Source: Candidatus Eiseniibacteriota bacterium (GTDB lineage Bacteria; Eisenbacteria; RBG-16-71-46; DASYSL01). From it: a stretch of 52,637 nucleotides of DNA. Positions within the stretch are counted from its first letter, which is position 1. Each line of letters opens with the position of its first letter. Position numbers and translations under genes: made by a program. Below are positions 18,863-29,000 of this stretch, in pieces. The stretch lies in the NCBI GenBank assembly GCA_031431875.1, contig JANPEF010000131.1, positions 1 to 52,637 of the forward strand. Direction: 5' to 3'. A model generated the notes under the pieces. That model did no database searches and was not told where the DNA came from. It saw only the letters and a list, made by a program, of their open reading frames with translations.

Positions 18863-21800
18863 TCAGCGCAGGCGCACGAGCCGTTGCGCCACGGATTCCG
18901 ATGCGGTCTTCACGCTCTGAAAGTAGACCCCGGGAGGAACAGTCCGTCCCTGTTCATCGCGCCCGTCCCACACGACAGCGTGGGCACCGGTCGGGCGCGC
19001 CCCGCCGCGTTCGAGCTGGCGAACTCGCCGTCCGGCCGCATCGTGGACCGTGACCCAGACGGGGCCGCCGGCGTCGAGTTCATAGGTGAAGCTCGTGGTC
19101 GAGCGGAACGGATTCGGGGCGGCCGCACGCAGGCGCACGCCCCGGGCGCCGGCGACGACGACCGGCGGATCGACGCCGACCGTCGCACCCGGGGGACGGA
19201 CCACGAGATAGACCTCGTTGCCCGGATCGGGATCGGCGGGACCGATGCACAGCTTCACGACTTCCTCGCCCTGCTTCGGATCGCGCGATAGCGTGGCGAC
19301 GAACGGTCCGTTCGCGTCGACGGTGCCCTCGATGCCGTAGCCCAGCTCCTCGACCTGGAGTCGCGCCGAGGACGAACTCGAGGTATTGGCGATGGTGAGC
19401 GTGTGTGATCCCGGTAGCGGGCCGGCGAATGCGGGCACCATGTGCGTGTCCTCGCTGGCGAGCGCGACGGCCGTCGCAACGACCGGCGACGAGGTCGTGA
19501 TCAGGAGGTTGGCGGTCCCGCGGGCGACATTGAAGATCGTGAAACCCTGGTGCGAGGTGGCCGGCATCACCGTGATCTCGATCGATTGCCCGGGACCGAG
19601 TGTCACTTCGCTCGAGCGCCACGCATCGATCGTGAAGGCGGCGCTCGCCGTGGCGAGATCCTGCGCGTAGACCTCGATCTGCGCGTCTCCGTCGAGCTCC
19701 GCGCCGAGCGGCAGCAGCATGCAGGGAGCGGGATCCGGACCGGGCCCCGTCGGAATGCCGGTGAGATGGCCCCATGCCCACGGGTCGGGGTCGGGCGTAA
19801 GGGGCGGTGCCGTGATGTTGTCATCGCAGGCCGACTGCGCGAGCGCGATCAGGTCCCGGCCCGCGCCGGCATTGCTGTCGGTGAATGGTGAGCCGTAGGT
19901 GGTGGTCGGCACGCCAAAACACGCCGCTTCCCAGCGGCCATCCACCAGGTCGAATGCGCTCCACAGCGCGGTCTGCATGGAGATGCTGTTCCCGCCGGGC
20001 TTGACTCCGACAACCGGTGAGTTCCAGGTGTCCTGCATGCCCATGAGCCAGCCGTTCTGCGTCGCCGGGAACCCCGGGATGCCGTTCCACTGGCGCGTGC
20101 CCGCGTAGTGACGGAACAGGGGGTTGGCCATCGCCTGGCGGGAGAAGAGCACCCAGTCCAGAACGGGCGAGACGTGCGTGCTGAACGGACGCCCCGACGG
20201 GTTGTTGAAGTTCGAGCGCAACATCCCGAGCTCGTCGGCCCGGATGTTCATGCGGTTCGAGAAGTCGGTGATCGTGCCGTCGAGCCCATTCCACACGTGG
20301 TTGCCGCCGGTGAGGATGTCGCCGATCCCGTAGCAGGCATCGCCGGCGGAGATCGAGATCGCGAGCTTGATCAGGTCGCCGAACTTGATCTGCTGGCCGG
20401 TGACGAGCCCGGCCTGGCTGCCGCTGACCTTGGTCGCCACCCAGTCCGGAACCGTGTAGACGAAGTTCGAATCGATCTCGTTGTCCTGGATCGCCTCGAC
20501 TGCGATGAGCACGGTGAGCGCTTTCGTGACGCTCGCGGGAGTGATCGACTGGAACGGCCGCTGCGCATAGACGACGAAGCCGTCGCAATCGAGCGCGATC
20601 GATGCGCGGTTCGGGCGGTTCGAGATCTGCCGCCACGGGGCGAGGATGTAGACCTGTCCGGCGGAGTTCGTGTTCGCGCCCGTCGCGTAGTTGCGGTAAT
20701 CCTTCGTCGGTGCGCCGATCGCCAGGTTGGCGCGTCCCGAGTCGTCGAAGCGCCCGAAGGCGAGCGACCAGCCCACCTGGGCGGAGGTCTCGAGCGTGTC
20801 GTTGAGCGTGCGGCCGTGGAACTCGAGCGCGGTGTCCGCTCCCAGGTCGCCCGATTCGCCGCCGAGCCACAGGAAGACCTGCCCCGCGCCGGTCGGCGAG
20901 ATCCCGGGGGCGGGCGTGTTCTCGATGTCCTCGGAGGGCGCGCCGACGGCGAGGTCGTCCCAGCCGTCGTTGTCCCAGTCGCCCGCGGCCAGGGCGTGGC
21001 CGAAGCGGTCGCCGAGTTCCTGTTCGTTGGGGCCGTCGACGTCGAGCTGGGACAGGCCCTCATAGGACGCGAACGCGAAGGGTGCCACGAAGTCGCGCAG
21101 CACGTAGACGCGGCCCACGTCGTCCCCGCAGTTGGCGAACTCGCAACCGACATGGCCCGGCGCGCCGATGGCAAGCTGGCGCGGCGCGCCCGGGTAGTCG
21201 CGGAAGCGTCCGATGGCCAGGGCGGCGCCGAACTCGGCCCCCGCGAGGACCTGCGCGCCGAGCACGTCGAAGTCGATCCGCAGTGCTCCGGTCGTCGTCA
21301 CGCCGGTTGCGCTGCCGGCGGCGATCCAGACCATGCCCGCGTCTGGCTGGCCGACGACGTCCCGCTCCGGTGCGCCGATCGCGAGGTCCTCGTGCGCGCT
21401 GCCGAACAGGTCCCCCGCGGTCAGCGTTTCCCCGAAATGCCCGTTGGCTTCGGGCGTGAAGCCCAGCACGCTCGGCCGCAGCGCGACCGTGCCCCCCGGG
21501 GCGATTCCGCCGGGGCCGCCACGCACGACGAACACGGCGCCCGATCCACCGTCCTCGCCCGGGGCGCCGACGGCCAGGTCGTCGTAGCCGTCGAGGTCGA
21601 AGTCGCCGGCGGCGAGTGCGGCGCCGAAGCGGTCCATGGCCTCGACGGGATCGCCGGCGAAGGGAGACTCGAAGAAGAAGTTCGGCGTGCCCTGCAGCCC
21701 GCCGGGGCCACCCAGGTGGATCCACACCTGTCCCGAACTGGTCGTCGCGCCGAAGTTCCCGTCCATGTCGGGAAGCCCGACCGCGAGGTCGTCGTAGGAG

Positions 21801-22174
21801 TCGTTGTTGAAGTTCCCGACCGCCATCGCGATCCCGTAGTGGACGATCGTCTCGTTCACCGCCCCCACGGTCAGCCAGTCGGCGCCGGTGTGCTTGATGC
21901 CGCGCGCCGAGCCGTAGTTGACGACGACCGCCCCGTGCTCGCGCCCGGGAAAGATGTCCTCGTTCTCGCCTGGGGCGCCCATGGCGACGTCGTCGTAGCC
22001 GTCCCCGTCGAAGTCGCCGGCGGCGACGGTCCAGCCGAGGAAGTCGTTCGCATTGGGGATCTCGGAGGACTCCTCGCCCTGGCGCAGCATCATCATGTAG
22101 CCATGAGCCGGCGAGGCGAGGAGGAGTGGCGCGACGAGCACGACTGCGGTCAGGAAGGGGGCGACGAAACGCAC
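18863..22174 (-). CDS. Secreted fusion protein: FG-GAP (integrin-alpha-like) propeller, peptidase S11/PBP-like domain, FlgD-Ig tail
   Basis: GGAGG RBS and signal peptide. About seven GDFDGDGYDDLAVGAP-type repeats, then PASVTK..MN..A..LGM..NF.NPSG..GVKPG, then PNPF..WDGRD..GVYF. Confidence 0.8.
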   Translation of the reverse strand: MRFVAPFLTAVVLVAPLLLASPAHGYMMMLRQGEESSEIPNANDFLGWTVAAGDFDGDGYDDVAMGAPGENEDIFPGREHGAVVVNYGSARGIKHTGADWLTVGAVNETIVHYGIAMAVGNFNNDSYDDLAVGLPDMDGNFGATTSSGQVWIHLGGPGGLQGTPNFFFESPFAGDPVEAMDRFGAALAAGDFDLDGYDDLAVGAPGEDGGSGAVFVVRGGPGGIAPGGTVALRPSVLGFTPEANGHFGETLTAGDLFGSAHEDLAIGAPERDVVGQPDAGMVWIAAGSATGVTTTGALRIDFDVLGAQVLAGAEFGAALAIGRFRDYPGAPRQLAIGAPGHVGCEFANCGDDVGRVYVLRDFVAPFAFASYEGLSQLDVDGPNEQELGDRFGHALAAGDWDNDGWDDLAVGAPSEDIENTPAPGISPTGAGQVFLWLGGESGDLGADTALEFHGRTLNDTLETSAQVGWSLAFGRFDDSGRANLAIGAPTKDYRNYATGANTNSAGQVYILAPWRQISNRPNRASIALDCDGFVVYAQRPFQSITPASVTKALTVLIAVEAIQDNEIDSNFVYTVPDWVATKVSGSQAGLVTGQQIKFGDLIKLAISISAGDACYGIGDILTGGNHVWNGLDGTITDFSNRMNIRADELGMLRSNFNNPSGRPFSTHVSPVLDWVLFSRQAMANPLFRHYAGTRQWNGIPGFPATQNGWLMGMQDTWNSPVVGVKPGGNSISMQTALWSAFDLVDGRWEAACFGVPTTTYGSPFTDSNAGAGRDLIALAQSACDDNITAPPLTPDPDPWAWGHLTGIPTGPGPDPAPCMLLPLGAELDGDAQIEVYAQDLATASAAFTIDAWRSSEVTLGPGQSIEITVMPATSHQGFTIFNVARGTANLLITTSSPVVATAVALASEDTHMVPAFAGPLPGSHTLTIANTSSSSSARLQVEELGYGIEGTVDANGPFVATLSRDPKQGEEVVKLCIGPADPDPGNEVYLVVRPPGATVGVDPPVVVAGARGVRLRAAAPNPFRSTTSFTYELDAGGPVWVTVHDAAGRRVRQLERGGARPTGAHAVVWDGRDEQGRTVPPGVYFQSVKTASESVAQRLVRLR

Positions 22175-22334
22175 GGGAGACCTCCGGGATCGCCACGGGG
22201 AATGCGGCGCAGGAGTGGAGGAGGGGGGGAGGCGGAGCGCGACCAGTCTAGCGCATCGCGAGCCCGGGGGTGAAACCTCCTCTCGCGGCATGCGTTCAGG
22301 TGCCACGAGCCTTGATCATGCCCGGACGATGGTG

Positions 22335-24173
22335 CTAGTTCAGGGGTGCGGGCGCATCGCGATGCCTCTCCGGCCGCCCGGCGGCTGTCCCGGTCCCGCC
22401 TGCATCACCCTGGAACTGCAGCCGATACAGCCGCGAGTAGATCCCGTTGAGCGCCAGCAGCTCGGCGTGCGTGCCGTACTCGCGGATCTGGCCGCGGTGC
22501 AGCACGACGATGCGGTCGACGTCCTGGATGGTCGACAGCCGGTGGGCAATGACGATCGACGTGCGGCCCTGCATCAGGCGGTGCAGCGCATCCTGGATCA
22601 GGAGCTCGGTCTCGGTGTCGACGCTCGAGGTGGCCTCGTCGAGAACCAGGATCCTGGGGTCGAATGCGAGCGCGCGGGCGAAGGAGAGCAGCTGCTTTTC
22701 GCCGGTCGAAAGCGTGGCGCCACGCTCGACGACCTTCGCGTCGTAGCCGCCCTCCAGGCGCTCGATGAAGGCGTGGGCGTGGACCTCCTTTGCCGCGGCG
22801 ACCAGGCGCTCGCGGGGCAGGTCCTCGCCGAGGCGCAGGTTGTCCTCGATCGTGCCGGAGAAGAGGAACACGTCCTGCAGCACCACGCCGATCGAGCGAC
22901 GCAGTGCGGCCGGGTCCCACTCGCGCACGTCGAGGCCATCGACGGTGATCGAGCCCTTCTGCACGTCGTAGAACCGCGTGAGCAGCGAGATGAGCGTCGT
23001 CTTGCCGGAGCCGGTGGCGCCGACGATCGCGACCCTCTCGCCCGGGGCGACGTGGAACGAGACATCCTTCAGCACCTCCTCTCCCGACTGGTAGGCGAAG
23101 TGGATGCCGTCGAAGCGGATGTCCCCGCGCACCGGCTCGACGCGGCGCGGCGTGGCCGGGGGCGGCACTTCGATCGGCGCGTCGAGCAGGTTGAAGATGC
23201 GCTCCGATGACGCCATCGCCGACTGGAGGATGTTGTACTTCTCGGACATGTCCGAGATCGGTCGGAAGAACCGCTCGGTGTAGAGCAGGAACGCGACCAG
23301 CCCGCCGAGCGTCAGCGCGTCCCCCATCACCTGCCGGCCGCCGTACCAGATGATGAGCCCCGTGGCGAGCGCGCCGATCAGCTCGATCGCCGGGAAGAAC
23401 ACGGCGTAGTAGAAGATGCTGCGCACGTTCGCGTCGCGGTGCTCGGCGTTGACCGCGCGGAAGCCCTCGAACTGCCGCTCCTCGCGGTTCATGATGTGCG
23501 TGGTCGACATGCCGGTCAGGTTTTCCTGCAGGTTCGCGTTCATGCGTGCCAGTGCCGTGCGCACGTCGCGATAGGTCGCGCGCACGTTCTTGCGGAACCA
23601 CAGCGTCACGATCACGATCAGCGGCAGCACCGAGAACGTGACGCTGGCGATCTCGGGATTGAGGATGAAGATCGCCGCCATGATGCCGACCAGGGTGACG
23701 ATGTCGCCGACGATCGTGACCACGGCCTGGGTGAACAGCTCGTTGAGCACGTCGACGTCGCCGGTGATGCGCGTCATCAGGCGGCCAACCGGATTGCGGT
23801 CGTAGAACGGCAGGCTCATGCGCTGCAGCTTGGCGAACAGCTGCATGCGCAGGTCGTACATGATGCGCTGGCCCACCTGCTGCATGATCGACGTCTGGTA
23901 GTAGCCCACCACGAATTCGGCGACCAGCACGCAGATGTAGAGACCCGCGATGCGAGCCAGGCCGGGCATGTCGCCATGCGCGATCGTGTCGTCGATCGCC
24001 ACCTTGATCAGGTAGGGGCCGAGGATCTGCAGCCCGGCGGCAGCCAGCACGAACAGCACCGCGACCACGACCTGGAGCTTGTAGGGTGCGAGAAATCCGA
24101 GAAGCCGGCGCATGAGGCGCGCGTCGTAGGCGCGGCCGAGCGCCTCTTCCTCGTGGTAGGCGGTGTCGCTCAC
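22335..24173 (-). CDS. ABC exporter subunit (TMD-NBD), MdlB/YheH-like
   Basis: Six-TM domain, GATGSGKTT, degenerate signature LSTGEKQ, LDEATSSVD, IAHRLSTI. Confidence 0.93.
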   Translation of the reverse strand: MSDTAYHEEEALGRAYDARLMRRLLGFLAPYKLQVVVAVLFVLAAAGLQILGPYLIKVAIDDTIAHGDMPGLARIAGLYICVLVAEFVVGYYQTSIMQQVGQRIMYDLRMQLFAKLQRMSLPFYDRNPVGRLMTRITGDVDVLNELFTQAVVTIVGDIVTLVGIMAAIFILNPEIASVTFSVLPLIVIVTLWFRKNVRATYRDVRTALARMNANLQENLTGMSTTHIMNREERQFEGFRAVNAEHRDANVRSIFYYAVFFPAIELIGALATGLIIWYGGRQVMGDALTLGGLVAFLLYTERFFRPISDMSEKYNILQSAMASSERIFNLLDAPIEVPPPATPRRVEPVRGDIRFDGIHFAYQSGEEVLKDVSFHVAPGERVAIVGATGSGKTTLISLLTRFYDVQKGSITVDGLDVREWDPAALRRSIGVVLQDVFLFSGTIEDNLRLGEDLPRERLVAAAKEVHAHAFIERLEGGYDAKVVERGATLSTGEKQLLSFARALAFDPRILVLDEATSSVDTETELLIQDALHRLMQGRTSIVIAHRLSTIQDVDRIVVLHRGQIREYGTHAELLALNGIYSRLYRLQFQGDAGGTGTAAGRPERHRDAPAPLN

Positions 24174-24174
24174 G

Positions 24175-25917
24175 TCAGGATGCCTCGAGTTCTTCTTCGA
24201 GCTGCTGCAGGCGGACGAGCTCGGCGTAGACGCCGTCGGCGGCGAGCAGCGCGGCGTGCGAGCCGCGCTCGACGATGCGGCCGTCGTCGAGCACGATGAT
24301 CTCGTCGGCGTGGCGCACCGTCGAGACACGGTGCGAGACGAGCAGCGACGTGCGCGTCTCCATCACCTGGGTCAGCTCGCGGAGGATCGCCTCCTCCGTG
24401 TAGGTGTCGACCGACGACAGGCAGTCGTCGAGCAGCAGCACGGTCGGCTTGCGCAGCACGGCGCGGGCGATCGCGGTGCGCTGCTTCTGCCCGCCCGAGA
24501 GCGTGATGCCCCGCTCGCCGACGACCGTCTGGAATCCCCTGGGGAACACGTCGACCTCCGCTTCGAGGTGGGCGACGCGCGCGGCGGCGCGGATCTCCTC
24601 GTCGCTCGCCGCGCCCACGCCGAACGCGATGTTGCCCGCCAGCGTGGTCGAGAACAGGAACGTCTCCTGTGGCACGTAGCCAAATCGCCGCCGCAAGGCG
24701 GCCAGCTTGTAGTCGCGCACGTCGATGCCGTCGACGAACACGGTGTCGGGCGGCGGTTCGTGCAGTCGGAGCAGGAGCTGGAACAGCGTGCTCTTGCCGG
24801 CGCCGGTGTGGCCGACGATGGCGACGGTGCGGCCGGCGGGCACCGTGATCGACACGTCGGTGAGCGCATTGCGGGCCGCGCCCGGGTAGCAAAACGTGAG
24901 GTTCCTGAACTCGAGCGCCCCCCTGGCCTCGGGCGGATCGACCGCGCCGGGGCGGTCGGCGATGGCCGGCGGCAGGTCCATCACCGAGCGCAGGCGGCTC
25001 CACGACGCGGCGCCGCGCTGGAACAGGTTGACCACCCAGCCGAGCGCGATCATGGGCCAGGTGAGCATGGCCAGGTACGAGTTGAAGGCGACGAACTCGC
25101 CGAGGGTGATCTGCTTCTCGATCACCAGCGTGCCGCCGAGCCACAGGACGATCACGGTGCCCAGGGCGGCGAGGAGCCCCATCGCCGGATAGAACATGCT
25201 CCACAGGCGAATCAGGCCGGCGTTCTTCTTCACGTACTCGTCGTTCAGAGTGCCGAAGCGGGCGATCTGCGCCTCTTCCTGCGCATAGGCGCGGACGACG
25301 CGGACACCCGACAGGTTTTCCTGCGCCATGGCCGAGATGCGCGCGAAGTGCGACTGGATGTCCTCGAACTTCGCGTGGATGCGCGAGCCCATCACCGATA
25401 CCGAGATCGACAGCAGCGGGAGCGGCAACAGCGCGAACAGGGTGAGCTGCGGCGAGATATAGAGCATCAGGGCGACCGACACGATGCCGAGGATGATCGT
25501 GTTCAGCCCCTGCATGATCCCCGGGCCGAGCACCATGCGCACTGCATTCATGTCGCTGGTGGCGCGCGACATGAGGTCGCCGGTCTGGCGCGCCTGGTAG
25601 AAGGAGAGCGGCTGGGTCTGCAGGCGGGCGAAGAAGTCGTCGCGCAGGTCGTACTCGATCTTGCGCGAGACGCCGATGATGATCGAGCGCATGAGGTAGC
25701 GGAAGATGCCGCCGACGATCCCGATGGCGACGATCCACATCGCGTAGCGGCCGAGCTTGGCGGCGGTGACCGAGACGGTCAGCCCGTCGACGACCTTCTT
25801 GAGCACCCACGGCGCGGCCAGTCCCACGGCATTGGTCAGCACGAGGCACACCGCGCCCCACACGAGGGCTCGGCGATGGCGCGCCAGGTAGGGCAGCAGC
25901 GTCAGGAGCGATTTCAG
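24175..25917 (-). CDS. ABC exporter subunit (TMD-NBD), MdlA/YheI-like
   Basis: GHTGAGKST, LSGGQKQR, degenerate Walker B LDDCLSSVD. Start is probably CTG 25917 after GAGGA; alternative GTG 25983. Confidence 0.92.
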   Translation of the reverse strand: MKSLLTLLPYLARHRRALVWGAVCLVLTNAVGLAAPWVLKKVVDGLTVSVTAAKLGRYAMWIVAIGIVGGIFRYLMRSIIIGVSRKIEYDLRDDFFARLQTQPLSFYQARQTGDLMSRATSDMNAVRMVLGPGIMQGLNTIILGIVSVALMLYISPQLTLFALLPLPLLSISVSVMGSRIHAKFEDIQSHFARISAMAQENLSGVRVVRAYAQEEAQIARFGTLNDEYVKKNAGLIRLWSMFYPAMGLLAALGTVIVLWLGGTLVIEKQITLGEFVAFNSYLAMLTWPMIALGWVVNLFQRGAASWSRLRSVMDLPPAIADRPGAVDPPEARGALEFRNLTFCYPGAARNALTDVSITVPAGRTVAIVGHTGAGKSTLFQLLLRLHEPPPDTVFVDGIDVRDYKLAALRRRFGYVPQETFLFSTTLAGNIAFGVGAASDEEIRAAARVAHLEAEVDVFPRGFQTVVGERGITLSGGQKQRTAIARAVLRKPTVLLLDDCLSSVDTYTEEAILRELTQVMETRTSLLVSHRVSTVRHADEIIVLDDGRIVERGSHAALLAADGVYAELVRLQQLEEELEAS

Positions 25918-26016
25918 GGCGTCGTCCTCGGGGCGGAGGGGCGCCGGAGGCCGCCGGGGCCGATCGCGCCCCGGCGCGGGCACCGGTCAGGCGACGCTAC
26001 AGGAGGGGCGGGACGG

Positions 26017-26048
26017 GAACAAGGGCGGGGCGACGAAACGCCCCGCCC
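26017..26048 (-). terminator. Intrinsic terminator after the large secreted protein
   Basis: Perfect 10-bp stem GGGCGGGGCG/CGCCCCGCCC (26023-26048), followed by TTGTT on the minus strand. Confidence 0.75.
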
Positions 26049-26054
26049 GCGCGG

Positions 26055-29000
26055 TCAATTCCCCGACAGGAGGATCAGTTTCGCCTTCGCACTCGCGCCC
26101 GGTGCCGTGCCATCGAACGCCGCGCCGTCGAGTCGATAGAAGTACACGCCCGCCGGCGCGCTCGAGCCGTTGGCGAGCCGGCCGTCCCACGGTGCCCTGT
26201 TCTCGCCCTCGACGCCCTTGTGCGCGAACGCGGCGACCTCGCGGCCCGCCACGTTGTAGATGCGCACCCGGATCGATGCCGGCGCAGCGAGCGTGAAGCG
26301 CAGCGTCACCGCACGTGCGGCGAGTGCGGGGTTGGGATAGGCGCCCAGGTTCTGGTTGCTGAAGCGCTGCGCCTGCGTCCCGGGCAGATCGCCGACGGAG
26401 AGCGCGGGCAGGCGCCGCGCGCAGATCTGGAAGTGCCCCGCGACCACGTCGTCGAACCAGCCGAGGCGCGCCATGTTCGATCCCACCCCCGTCTGGATCG
26501 CGGCGAGCGTTGCGTAGTGACCGCGCAGGTGCGACAGGTCGAAGCCGTCGATCAGCGTGCGGAACTCGCGGCCCGTGCCGATCGGGCGGTAGACCGACGC
26601 GGTGAACTCGGTGCCGGGGCCGAGCGCTTGGTAGGCGGCCGCAATGCTGGCACCGTCGACCGTGGGGACGATCTCCAGCACGTCCGGGCGGAGGGTGCAG
26701 AGATGCGCCAGGCCGTAGATCCGTCCGGGATGGCTCCACGCGGCCGTGGGGAGGAGACCCACCGTGGTGGCCGCGCTCGCCGAGTAGGCGTGGTAGTCCG
26801 GCGACGTCAGATCAGCGCCAAACGTCGCCGTGAGGAAGGGATAGAGGAACGTGCCGTCGTCCGAGTTGATTGCGCCGTCTTCCATCATGCCGTCGCCGGA
26901 CAGCCACAGGCCGCGACGATTCACGGAGGTGGCGCCGGCGAGGAAGCCGTCGTACAGCGCGATGTCGTCGGCGCCCTCCTGGGAGTCGAAGCCGTCGTGC
27001 ACGACTCCGCCGGAGAGGTCCCCGCTGAGGTGGAGCACCGTGGTGTACAGGGTCGCCAGCATTGAGGCCGACGGTCCCGAACGATCGCCCTTCTGCGCGA
27101 TGCCACCCGTGTTCTGCGCGAACCGCACCCCGGGATGGCCCGCCTCAAAGGACTCGGCGGCGCGGATGTCGTAGTGGTCGTAGTTGAGTCCGTACTGCCC
27201 GCGGTTCGCGGCCACGAATCCGGCGGGGTCGTTCGGATCGGACCCCGGCCCGATGCCCCGCCAGCCCGACGTCGCGCCGTCATCCTTGCCGTAGCCCAGC
27301 GTGTCGGCAGCGCCACGGTACTGCGGGTCGGCGCCGCGCCGGTCATTGCCGTCGATCATGAGAAGGCAGGCGAGACCGGCGCCGCCGTACCGGCTCGACT
27401 TCCACATGTCCGGCAGCACGTCAGCGCTCGACCAGCGCTCCTGGTCGTAGTCCGCAATTCCGCCCGCGTCCTGCGGGAAGACGCGCGTCGTGTCGAACAG
27501 GAGTTCGTAGGTCCCGGGCGCCTCCAGCGTCGACTTTCGGACGAAGTACTCGATGTGCGTCCCTGGCGTGAACCAGCCGTCGGGCAGGATCTTGGTCGCC
27601 TCCTGTGACGACGCGGCCACGGCGCCGTAGATCGCCGGCGCTGTGCCAATGCAGGAGATGTTCGAGGCGTCATTCGTTCCATCCGGGTTGACGAGGAAGC
27701 ACAGCGGCCGGTCGATCCCGAGCGCCGCGAAGTTCGGATCCTTCTCGTGCAGCGTGCCCATCCAGGTCCCCCCGGTCGGGTTGCCGATGCCGCGCGAGGT
27801 GATCGGGTAGAGCCGCAGCTCCGCCGAGTCGAGGCGCGCCGAGTTCCAGGCGTGGCGACTCCATGTGCCACCGTGGCCGCCCGGCGAACCGAACGGACCG
27901 TTGTTCGCCAGGTAGGTCGCGAAGAACGGATGCAGCGGATCGCGGTTGACGAGTGCCGAGGCGCGATCGCCCTTCACCACGTAGCTCCCCGGGCCGGGGT
28001 CAATGCGGAAGATCAGGTCGACGCGCGTGCCCATCGTCACCCCGTCCCCGCTTCCGAACGGGGCACCGACCAGGATCGAGTCTCCAGCAACGACTCCGGG
28101 AGCGGTCGGCGGGGAGAGGATGTTGAGTCCGGTGGTCATCAGGGCCGTCGTCGTGTCGAAGGCCGCGTTATCGCCGGGCGCCACGTTCTCGTTGAAGGGG
28201 AACTGGTCCTGGTACTTGTCCCAGATCGGCTGCGCGAGCGAGGGGGCCGCGCCGCCGCGAACCAGCCCGACGCGGAGATTGTCGAAGTACGTCCCCCGCG
28301 TGTTGCCGAGATCGGTGCCGCCGAAACGCCATCCAAACGTCCGCACCGCGAGCAGCATTTGCACCGAGTCGACGGAGCCGGCGGGAATGCCCAGGACGCC
28401 GAGCGACTGGAAGTCCGAGTAGCAGAACGGGTCGGGGTTGAATGTGATGAACGAATAGCCCGCCCCGGACCAGACGGGAGTCCCGGAGATCGGCTGCTTC
28501 CAGATGGCGGGCGCGTACGCCCGTGCCCCCGGGAGGTAGAACACCGACTGATCCAGGTCCATGTGTCCCGAGTAGAAGTCGAACTGGATGATCCCCGTCG
28601 TCCGCGAGGCGGTCTCCTGGTCGATGCCCTGGCTGTTCTTCGTGCCCGGTGCCGCCGTGCGCACGGCCAGGTCGATGGTCGGGGATTGGATGTTCCAGTA
28701 GCCCTCCATCGGTATTTGTCCCGAAGCAGGGTCCTGCGGGGTCCAGACGTTACCGGTCAGGTTGCATAGCCGCGTCGGGGCGCCGACGGCGCCGCACAGA
28801 TCCTCGTAGACGAGCGTAGCGACATCGGCGACGTGGAATGGGGAGGCCGGCGGCTTGCCGGTCGTCGCCCACGGCCCGCTGTCGAGTGCGAGGTCGGGGA
28901 TGAGCGAGCGGCCCGTGAGCGAGGCCGCGCTCTCGAACCCGTAGACGGTCCCGCCGTCGACCTGCACCTCGTCGACGAGCGCTGCGCCATCCTTCGAGTT

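Noticed and set aside
20700..22060. Repeated DNA motifs (AGGTCGTC..CCGTCG..AAGTCGCC) as CRISPR or DGR repeats
   Set aside because: They are codon-level echoes of FG-GAP protein repeats: degenerate, irregularly spaced, with no cas or reverse transcriptase genes.
22290..22306. TGGCAC..GC sigma54-like site upstream of the FG-GAP gene (similar near 45915)
   Set aside because: GG-to-GC spacing is 9 nt (11 nt at the second site), not the required 10.
22335..25917. Degenerate ABC motifs (LDD Walker B, LSTGE signature) as a sign of pseudogenisation
   Set aside because: This is the normal asymmetric ATP-site pattern of heterodimeric exporters.
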